Below are positions 56,904 through 64,000 of a stretch of 64,000 bases of DNA, one piece after another. The DNA lies in contig JBBCGK010000001.1 of NCBI GenBank assembly GCA_037200965.1, forward strand, positions 416,001-480,000, read 5' to 3'. The notes beneath the pieces were generated by a model. The model saw nothing but the letters and a program-made list of their open reading frames with translations. It did not search any database and was not told where the DNA came from. The DNA comes from a bacterium. GTDB taxonomy: Bacteria > Patescibacteriota > Minisyncoccia > Phycocordibacterales > Phycocordibacteraceae. The stretch's first letter is position 1, and each line of letters begins with the position of its first letter. Position numbers and translations under genes: made by a program.

Positions 56904-57931
56904 AAGCTACAGTCATCATCGGTGCGCAGTATGGCAGCGAAGGAAAAGGTAAGATTGCAGCTTATCTTTCAGATGAGTTCGCTCGTGCAGTTCGAACTGG
57001 CGGGCCAAACTCGGGGCATACCGTCGAGCGCAATGGCACGTTCTATCAAGTTCGAGCGGTCCCTAGTGCCTTCGTGAACCAACAATGTCGCCTCGCGATT
57101 GGTGCCGGGGCCATAATAAACACTGCCGTACTATTAGGAGAATTAACGGCATGTGGTATTGTCGAGGGGCGTTTGATAGTTGACCCTCAGGCTGTCATAA
57201 TTGATGAAGAATATCAAAATTCGGAACTAGATTTAATCAGTTCGATTTCGTCCACCGGACAAGGCGTTGGTGCAGCAATCGCAGCTAAGGTCTTACGTCG
57301 GAAAGTAACTCTCGCAAGAGACGTGCCCGAGTTGCGGCCACTGCTTGCCGATGTTGCTGGCACGATCAATTCCGAACTCCAACAAGGCCTAGCTGTAATG
57401 ATTGAGGGGTCGCAAGGATTTTTCTTGAGTTTGCATCATGGTTACTATCCGTTTGTAACAGGCAGGGAAACGACCGCAAGTTCATTTTGCGCCGAAGTAG
57501 GAATCGGTCCCAAAGATGTGGGTCAAGTGATTGGAGTTCTCCGCACCCACCCGATTAGAGTTGGCGGCCCTTCGGGACCTCTTCAAGACGAAATCGATTG
57601 GCAGACCGTCACCGCCGAGTCGGGCTACCCAACACCGCTGTTAGAGATAACTACCGTTACCAAACGAATTCGACGCGTCGGGAGGTTCTCAATGGCCGAA
57701 GCTAAACGATCTTTGATGATCAATTCGGCGACCCAAATTGCTTTAAACTTCGTCGACTACTTGGACCATGCAAACTTTGGACTTAGAAGCTACACCGCAC
57801 TGACTGCTTCAACAAAAAAATTCATCGACGCACTAGAGACACAAACGGGAGTTCCCGTTTCGCTGGTGGGCACGGGGCCCCGTAACAGCGATATGATAGA
57901 CTTACGACGCGAAAAGAACCTCCCCCATTAG
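56900..57931 (+). CDS. short adenylosuccinate-synthetase-family enzyme (PurA-like; candidate PurZ-like 2-aminoadenylosuccinate synthetase)
   Basis: 343 aa. VIIGAQYGSEGKGK (the PurA P-loop GDEGKGK but with Asp->Ser); GGPNSGHTV (GGxNAGHT); IEGSQGFFLSLHHGYYPFVTGRET (GAQG...YPYVTS); ITTVTKRIRRVGRF (TTGRRRR-GW). Confidence 0.6.
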   Translation: MKATVIIGAQYGSEGKGKIAAYLSDEFARAVRTGGPNSGHTVERNGTFYQVRAVPSAFVNQQCRLAIGAGAIINTAVLLGELTACGIVEGRLIVDPQAVIIDEEYQNSELDLISSISSTGQGVGAAIAAKVLRRKVTLARDVPELRPLLADVAGTINSELQQGLAVMIEGSQGFFLSLHHGYYPFVTGRETTASSFCAEVGIGPKDVGQVIGVLRTHPIRVGGPSGPLQDEIDWQTVTAESGYPTPLLEITTVTKRIRRVGRFSMAEAKRSLMINSATQIALNFVDYLDHANFGLRSYTALTASTKKFIDALETQTGVPVSLVGTGPRNSDMIDLRREKNLPH

Positions 57932-57939
57932 ATACCAGC

Positions 57940-58692
57940 ATGAAAAACCAATACTTTGGCGACTTGAGCGACTATAAGAAGTACGGTTTGCTGCGCACAC
58001 TTTCGATTGAGGGTGAGTGCTCGCTCACTGTGTGTTGGATGCTGACGCGAGATGATCAAAGTACCGACGGGCGGCATACAACTTATTTGGCGGACGTAAG
58101 AGAATGGCGCAACCATGAGCCGTTGGTATTTGATCTACTCGCGGACGCAGTCTTCAAAAATTCCCGTAATCTCGAAATAGTTGAAAAGTCCGGACTAATA
58201 CCGAACTCAAACTACTTTCGTGAGGAAATCGGCGATGCTCCCTCCCAACGGGAAGCTTTTTTTGCCCGATTGGCAGATGAAGCCCGCAATTCTGATATTG
58301 TGTTCTTGGACCCCGACAACGGCCTTGAAGTGAAGTCAGTCCCCTATGGCTCCAAGGGAGCACATAAGTACATTTATCGGTCTGAAATCGAAAAGTTATC
58401 TCGGAATGGACTTTCAATCTTGCTGTATCAACATTTTGGTCGGAAAGAACGGTCTGAGTTTATCCGAGCTATTGCATTGAAACTCATCGATTGGCTGAAT
58501 GTGGAGGAAGTATTTTCACTTCGGACGACGCATACCGTATTTTTTCTTGTGCCGAAAGCTGCCCACAGGTCGCGAATAGATCGATCCCTCCAGGCAGTAA
58601 ATAGACAATGGGGAGATAAGATCTTTATCGAGATACACTCTAAGGAGTCTGTATCAACGGTTACAACGAAAAATCAGTTAGACCTACTCTAA
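57940..58692 (+). CDS. hypothetical protein, third gene of the cassette
   Basis: 250 aa: MKNQYFGDLSDYKKYGLLRTL...IVFLDPDNGLEV...SILLYQHFGR...; no motif I recognise; low GC. Confidence 0.55.
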   Translation: MKNQYFGDLSDYKKYGLLRTLSIEGECSLTVCWMLTRDDQSTDGRHTTYLADVREWRNHEPLVFDLLADAVFKNSRNLEIVEKSGLIPNSNYFREEIGDAPSQREAFFARLADEARNSDIVFLDPDNGLEVKSVPYGSKGAHKYIYRSEIEKLSRNGLSILLYQHFGRKERSEFIRAIALKLIDWLNVEEVFSLRTTHTVFFLVPKAAHRSRIDRSLQAVNRQWGDKIFIEIHSKESVSTVTTKNQLDLL

Positions 58693-58755
58693 GTAAGTGA
58701 GCAACATGGATATTGGAAAGGAGCCTGACTTCGCCTCGGATGCCTACTTTGATAA

Positions 58756-59418
58756 TCCGCAACAAGTTGCACAACCTCCTTTTTACGAACGATCCTGCAG
58801 GACGATATCCACAAATCACTGCTGCGCAGCGCGGGCCTCGCGCATCTCTCGGCGGATGAGATTGGGGACTTGAGGGACTTGGCAGCGCATGAGCTACGGA
58901 ATGAGACCGCGGACCGCGGTGGTCTCATGGCGGGATTGCGACTGCGCCTGCAACAATGCGACACACGGCTATCACGCCTTACAGACGCGCTCCTCGACCA
59001 CCTCATCGAAAAGCAGGAATACGAAGCCAAGAAGGCCGCGCTCCTGGGCGAGCGGCGCGAACTGCTAGACAAACTGGAAAGCCCGGAGGCTTCGCGTCAA
59101 CCCGCCGACGGCGTGCTGCAAGCATTGGAACTGCCAGATGTCGTGGAAACACGCTACGAAATGGCTTTGCCGGACCAACGGCGCCGCATTGCGTCTGCAA
59201 TCGCTTGGAACCTAACTGGTAGCGGAAAAGAGGCCGTACCTGAGCTGAAATCTCCGTACCGGGAGATCGTACAGTGGCGTCTTTCCAATCCGGTGCGCCG
59301 TAACGGGGAGCGATCGGAACCTGACATAAAGCTGCTATACGAAGCGCTCAAAGAAGTCTGCCGGCGAGAAGACAAGCCGCCGCAACGTCCCCAACGTCCT
59401 GATGTCTCCGGCATATAA
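58756..59418 (+). pseudogene. N-terminally truncated recombinase-like ORF (C-terminal coiled-coil region resembling large serine recombinases); no catalytic domain
   Basis: The frame is open from 58756 (through the repeat), but the first usable start is the TTG at 58870. ...RLSRLTDALLDHLIEKQEYEAKKAALLGERRELLDKLESPE...DQRRRIASAIAWNLTG... matches the leucine-rich coiled coil and tail of large serine recombinases. The similarity is from memory, not a search. Confidence 0.35.
58765..58801 (+). repeat. 37-bp direct repeat, copy 2 (right boundary of the cassette)
   Basis: Identical to 56549..56585. Lies inside the open frame that continues into 58870..59418. Confidence 0.8.
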
Positions 59419-60715
59419 GGCGACATACTTTTTCGAGAATTGTCGCGCCTTATGCCGCGTGAATGTCAGGCAGATGCTGTTCTGCATGGATGCGAGCATC
59501 AGCTACTTCGCCCGCACCAACTTCCGCAACCGAAACCAGCTCTTCGGTGTGAGGCAAGCCGACCGTCTTTCGCACCTGTACGTCATCGGCAAGACTGGCA
59601 CGGGCAAGTCCACCCTCCTTGAAACCCTCGCCCGGCAAGACCTTCGGGCCGGGCGCGGCTTCGCCCTCATAGACCCGCACGGCGATCTCGTGGAACGGAT
59701 CGCGAGGGACGCGCCGGAAGCCGTCTATCTGAACGCCCCCGATCCCTCCCAGCCCTTCGGCTATAATCCGCTCCGGAGGGTCAGGGACGACAAGATACCG
59801 CTTGCCGTCTCGGGCTTCCTCGAAACCCTCAAGAAGCTCTGGCCCGACGCGTGGGGCGTGCGCATGGAGCACGTCCTTAGGAATACGCTGTATGCGCTAT
59901 TCGAGCAGGAGGATGCGCGGCTTCCCGATATCCTCCGCCTCTATGCCGACGAGACATACCGGAAGGCGCTCGCCAAGGGGATTAGGAACGATACCGTCCG
60001 CCGCTTCTGGCTCCATGAGTTCGAGCACTTCCACTTTCGCCAGAGGGCGGACGCCGTGGCTCCGATACAAAACAAGATCGGGGCGCTCCTTGCCGACCCC
60101 ACGCTCTATCGCATCCTCGTCGAGCCAAAGGAGGATATCCGCTTCCGTGCCCTCATGGACGGCGGCGGGGTTCTTCTGGTCAATCTCTCGAAGGGCAAAC
60201 TTGGCGAGGACAGCTCGCACATCCTCGGCGCGCTCATCGTCTCGACCCTGGGCCTTGCTGCCTTTAGTCGGGCCGACAGTCCCCCAACCTCCCGCCGCCC
60301 TTTCTTCGTCTATATCGACGAATTCCAGTCCTTCACGACCCTTATGCTCGCCGACATGATGTCGGAGCTGCGGAAGTACGGCGTGGGCCTTACCTTGGCG
60401 CACCAATATATGCACCAGCTTGAACCCGAGATACGGCATGCGGTTCTGGGGAACGCTGGGACGCTCATATCATTCCGTGTTGGCCCCGAGGATGCGTCAA
60501 TCCTGGCGAAGGAGTTTCAGCCGACGTTTGACACACACGATCTCCTGAACCTGCCTAACCACCATATCTATCTGAAGCTGATGATTGATGGGGTGCCGGG
60601 CGGGGCGTTTAGTGCAAATACAGTCGATCATTCGACGCGGGGAGAGACAAAGCTCGCACCGCTACGAAGGACTTCAGACTTGAATGCGGGCGAAAGCGCG
60701 TCTGACTATGTGTGA
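59402..60715 (+). CDS. TraD/VirD4/TrwB-like coupling-protein-family ATPase (paralog of 5554..7545)
   Basis: LYVIGKTGTGKSTLLETLARQDLRAGRGFALIDPHGD; Walker B FFVYIDEFQSF; collinear with the other copy at roughly 45% identity by eye. Confidence 0.6.
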   Translation: MSPAYKATYFFENCRALCRVNVRQMLFCMDASISYFARTNFRNRNQLFGVRQADRLSHLYVIGKTGTGKSTLLETLARQDLRAGRGFALIDPHGDLVERIARDAPEAVYLNAPDPSQPFGYNPLRRVRDDKIPLAVSGFLETLKKLWPDAWGVRMEHVLRNTLYALFEQEDARLPDILRLYADETYRKALAKGIRNDTVRRFWLHEFEHFHFRQRADAVAPIQNKIGALLADPTLYRILVEPKEDIRFRALMDGGGVLLVNLSKGKLGEDSSHILGALIVSTLGLAAFSRADSPPTSRRPFFVYIDEFQSFTTLMLADMMSELRKYGVGLTLAHQYMHQLEPEIRHAVLGNAGTLISFRVGPEDASILAKEFQPTFDTHDLLNLPNHHIYLKLMIDGVPGGAFSANTVDHSTRGETKLAPLRRTSDLNAGESASDYV

Positions 60716-60835
60716 GCGGGATCACGTTTTTTTGCAGATGGCACGCCCGCGTGGGCTGTTTTGGTAATTGCCATAGCGTCTTGGCAACAACTGGGCGTCA
60801 GTACCTGGCTTCCCTCACAGGTTGAATATATTACA

Positions 60836-60858
60836 GTATAGCTCAACCATATGTTGAG
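60836..60858 (+). promoter_or_regulatory. perfect palindrome overlapping the start codon of the ATP-grasp gene (candidate operator)
   Basis: GCTCAAC-CATATG-TTGAGTC; an upstream TTGAAT...TATAGC promoter-like pair. Confidence 0.3.
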
Positions 60859-61855
60859 TCGCCGCATGCCCGGTATTACCGAATTACTTTTGAAAATCGC
60901 GCCCAAGATCGGCGCAAAAGTGCTGATCGAGCCTGAGTGGGGCTACGTCGGGCAAATCGCCTTCCGAAGCGGTCGCAAGCGGTACTTCCGGTTCTCCAGC
61001 GTTGACGTGAATACGCTGGGCGCATCGGAAGTCGCGAAGGACAAAGATTTTGCGAACTTCTTCATGAAGCACATGGGTTATCCCATCGTGAAAGGAAAAA
61101 CGTTCTTCCGGGACGACTGGGCAGAGACAATCCGCTCCAAGCGAAAGATCACGGCCGCCTATCGATACGCGCGACGGCTGGGATTTCCGGTGATTGTGAA
61201 GCCTAACAGCGGCAGTCAGGGGAAAGCAGTATGCTTGGCTCGCACGAAGCGTCAATTCTATCGCGGAATGCGGGCGACCTTTGAGGTGGACAAAGTCGCG
61301 CTTGTCCAAATACCTGTTTCAGGAAAAGACTACCGCATCGTGGTCTTGGACCGAGAAATCATTTCGGCGTACTACAGGGTTCCGCTAAGCGTCGTCGGCA
61401 ATGGAAAAGCTTCCGTAGCGGCGTTGCTCAAGTCGAAGCAGAAAGAGTTTCGGCGCGCCGGGCGCGACACGGCGATCAGGGCCGACGATCCGCGCATAGC
61501 GGAAAAGCTCGAGCATCAGGGACTGAGCTTCGCTTCCGTTCTCCGAAAGGATCAAAAGGTTTTTCTTTTGGATAACGCCAACCTTTCGACGGGCGGCGAA
61601 TCGGAAGACGTAACGGAAAGCGTGCACAAGGAGTTCAGGAAAATCGCGGTGTCGCTTACGAGGGATATGGGACTGCGCCTGTGCGGCGTCGATCTCATGA
61701 TAGACGGGGATATCTCGGAGCCGCCCAAAACGTATTGGGTGCTTGAAGTCAATTCGGCCCCGGGGCTCGATCATTATGCGAAAAGCGGCGCGGCACAAAA
61801 CAAAATCGTCGAAAAGATGTATACGACGGTGCTTAAGAGCTTGGATCGTGACTAG
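60851..61855 (+). CDS. ATP-grasp ligase (RimK / cyanophycin-synthetase-N-like)
   Basis: ...FPVIVKPNSGSQGKAV... and ...YWVLEVNSAPGLDHY... are ATP-grasp hallmarks. Confidence 0.65.
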   Translation: MLSRRMPGITELLLKIAPKIGAKVLIEPEWGYVGQIAFRSGRKRYFRFSSVDVNTLGASEVAKDKDFANFFMKHMGYPIVKGKTFFRDDWAETIRSKRKITAAYRYARRLGFPVIVKPNSGSQGKAVCLARTKRQFYRGMRATFEVDKVALVQIPVSGKDYRIVVLDREIISAYYRVPLSVVGNGKASVAALLKSKQKEFRRAGRDTAIRADDPRIAEKLEHQGLSFASVLRKDQKVFLLDNANLSTGGESEDVTESVHKEFRKIAVSLTRDMGLRLCGVDLMIDGDISEPPKTYWVLEVNSAPGLDHYAKSGAAQNKIVEKMYTTVLKSLDRD

Positions 61856-61947
61856 CTCGTGTATAGTCCATACGACCGATCTTCCTGACACCAATAGGCA
61901 TCGGCCAAATCGTGATTGCTGACCAACGTTTTGCGCCGAGCGACCGC

Positions 61948-62238
61948 CTAGTCGGGATCGTAGGGATTATTGGTATCCGTGCCATTGCGCGAGGAACCAG
62001 ACGGCGAACTATACGGATCGACGCGCTTGTGACCTTGCTCGCCCGTATAGGGGTTCACGTTTGGATACGTCGAGTAATTGTTATAGGGATTGCTGTCAGG
62101 CGATGAGCGATGGTGTGGCGGAACATACGTGCCGTCCTTCCGCACATAGCCTCTGACACTGACGTCCTTCGCTGCCGCCTCAGCGCCAGTGGCCAGCAGG
62201 GTCGTGAAGACCAAAAGGGCGGCAAAAATCTTGCGCAT
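61948..62238 (-). CDS. small secreted protein (Pro/Tyr/Asn-rich)
   Basis: Signal peptide MRKIFAALLVFTTLLATGAEAAA; 96 aa. Confidence 0.45.
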   Translation of the reverse strand: MRKIFAALLVFTTLLATGAEAAAKDVSVRGYVRKDGTYVPPHHRSSPDSNPYNNYSTYPNVNPYTGEQGHKRVDPYSSPSGSSRNGTDTNNPYDPD

Positions 62239-62348
62239 ATTAACTCCGATCAAAAATGCGGCTCGATGCTAGTTTAGTGGCTGGCGCAGGGCCAGAGGAA
62301 TAATCTTCGCAAGCGTGCGTCAGGCCACGCCCTACGGTAACGCGTCGA

Positions 62349-63314
62349 TCAGTTCGCCTCGTCGAAAATCCCATTCAGGATCGCCCCAAGCCGCACCCCT
62401 GCCGCCTGCAAGCGCTCTTCCACGATGGCGGCGCGGTCTTCCTTGTAGTTGCCGTCGGGCGCGAAGACGCGAACGGCGCCACCGGTATACGTCTCGCTGT
62501 CTTCGGAATAGCGGCAGGTGGTGCCGGAGAGCGTACAGTATCCGGTGTCGGGCGCGCGGGAGACGGTGAGCGATTCGTTGGCCCATACCATCGGATCGAG
62601 CGACGCCTTCCACGTTGCCCGCTGCTCGTCCGTGATTTCCTTTTGAAGAACATTGCCAAACGCCTCGCGCCCAGGGCCTGCTGGCTTCGTCTGCGCGATG
62701 TGGAGATCACGCATGACTTGTTCGGGAATGCAGGTGTCCCACACGGTATGGAGCGCGGTTTTGCCGTCATAGGCGCAGCCCGAGACGCCCTTCACGCCGA
62801 CGCTGTTGCCGCCGCGATCATCGGCATACGAAATGTGGAGCGGCTGGTGTATGTCGCCGAGCCAGTGCCCGAGGAATTTGAGGGCCGTGCGCTTCTTGTC
62901 GGTTGAGGCATTCGGGTCTTTGAGGATGGCGATATCGGCGGGGATGGCCGTGAAAAGGCACGTCGCCGCATTCACGCACTTGGCCTCGGGGAAGCTCGTC
63001 CAATCGCGCGGCATATTGATGAAGTGCTCCGCCCTCCGGCTGCTTTGCACATCGCCCTTCTCGTCCGGCCAGGTGCAGGCCCCGTGGAAGGTTCTCGGTA
63101 TCTCCTTGCCGTCAGCGTCCTTAAGCGGGGTTTCTGAGCGGATAAGCTTGTTGACCGCCTTGCGGGCCGTCGGCGTGAGCTCCTTGTATGCGATCTCGCA
63201 GACCGCCTCGTGGCCGGTGCCGCCGAAGGCGAGGGCACCGCTCGTTGTGAGACAAAGACTGACGAAGCCACCAGCTCCAAACAGCGCAAGAAGAACCCGC
63301 CGACGTCCACCCAT
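62349..63314 (-). CDS. secreted S1/P1-family zinc nuclease
   Basis: Signal peptide; ...FLGHWLGDIHQPLHISY... (S1/P1 Zn-binding motif); ...TALHTVWD... Confidence 0.7.
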   Translation of the reverse strand: MGGRRRVLLALFGAGGFVSLCLTTSGALAFGGTGHEAVCEIAYKELTPTARKAVNKLIRSETPLKDADGKEIPRTFHGACTWPDEKGDVQSSRRAEHFINMPRDWTSFPEAKCVNAATCLFTAIPADIAILKDPNASTDKKRTALKFLGHWLGDIHQPLHISYADDRGGNSVGVKGVSGCAYDGKTALHTVWDTCIPEQVMRDLHIAQTKPAGPGREAFGNVLQKEITDEQRATWKASLDPMVWANESLTVSRAPDTGYCTLSGTTCRYSEDSETYTGGAVRVFAPDGNYKEDRAAIVEERLQAAGVRLGAILNGIFDEAN

Positions 63315-63486
63315 GTACCCGCTCCCCCTCACTATTCGTGCCCAGGATGCGAGGACTCGCCCTAGCCGAAGAACGGATGATGCCCGGATGATTTCACCCG
63401 TCCAAGAGGAATGTGCGCCTTAGACTTCGTATCGGGCCGGGCCTATGCTGCTTCTATTGGTGGGGTGTTTCTCAGGGGGTATTGGC

Positions 63487-64000
63487 ATGACTAGCGGCAC
63501 GCGAGTTTTTCCGACGCGTTCGTATCGGGCATCATTTCCCATTCATGCGCTTCTTGCCGTCTTCGCGCTTCTCGTCGCGGGTGCGTATGGCCCGGCCGGT
63601 TCGGCCTTGGCCGCGACCAGCGCGGCGTCCTTCTGCCTTGACGCATGCCCCGAGGGCGCGCCGGCAAAGAACAAGACGGTCGTGCACCATGTCTATGCGC
63701 TCAGCTCGAACCCCGACACGAAATTCGCCGATTGGGTCGCGTACAAGATCTCCAAAGCGACCATCGGGTCGAACTGTTCGCGCAAGTGGGCGAAGGACCC
63801 GGACCTAGCGGCCGGCACCACGCTCAAGCCCGCCGATTACAAGGACATCAGTGCGGCGCTCCAGTCCGACCGGGGCCATCAAGCGCCCTTGGCAAGCCTA
63901 TGCGGCTCGAAGTTCAATGCCGAGGCGAACTATCTCTCGAACATCACCCCACAAAAGTCCGACCTCAATCAGGGCGCATGGGTGCGGCTCGAAACCGCCG
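63487..64000 (+). CDS. secreted DNA/RNA non-specific endonuclease (Serratia NucA family); runs off the right edge of the window
   Basis: Manual translation: MTSGTRVFPTRSYRASFPIHALLAVFALLVAGAYGPAGSALA (signal)...SDRGHQAPLAS (DRGH active-site motif)...; no stop before 64000, so absent from the ORF track. Confidence 0.6.
   Translation, partial: MTSGTRVFPTRSYRASFPIHALLAVFALLVAGAYGPAGSALAATSAASFCLDACPEGAPAKNKTVVHHVYALSSNPDTKFADWVAYKISKATIGSNCSRKWAKDPDLAAGTTLKPADYKDISAALQSDRGHQAPLASLCGSKFNAEANYLSNITPQKSDLNQGAWVRLETA

Overview
This 64 kb window is a bacterial chromosome segment with roughly 60% GC, judged by eye. Its gene content and rRNA architecture resemble a Candidate Phyla Radiation / Patescibacteria-like organism; this placement is an inference, not a database result. 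The 16S rRNA (followed by tRNA-Ile) and the 23S-5S locus are unlinked and both on the minus strand. Each rRNA is split by large insertions: two in the 16S and four in the 23S. Four of these insertions encode LAGLIDADG homing endonucleases. Other content: a cell-envelope glycan cluster (five glycosyltransferase genes, two epimerases, a WbaP-like sugar transferase); murC and murD with a PP-loop ATPase that may be MurL; secDF; folD; a dinJ-yafQ toxin-antitoxin pair; rplJ-rplL with leader; rpsF-ssb-rpsR; ftsK; recA; efp; an ECF sigma / anti-sigma pair; an IS1595-family transposase; two TraD/VirD4-like ATPases; two secreted nucleases. Most genes lack a Shine-Dalgarno sequence. The most notable feature is a low-GC cassette of about 2.2 kb (56586..58764) bounded by perfect 37-bp direct repeats. 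It encodes a small MazG-like pyrophosphatase, a short (343 aa) adenylosuccinate-synthetase-like enzyme with an Asp->Ser change in the GDEGKGK P-loop, and an unknown 250-aa protein. A truncated recombinase-like ORF and a TraD/VirD4-like ATPase lie next to it. The gene pair resembles the phage MazZ/PurZ 2-aminoadenine (Z-base) module; alternatively it could be an undescribed nucleotide-pool-targeting system. All calls come from reading the sequence and its translations; no searches were run.
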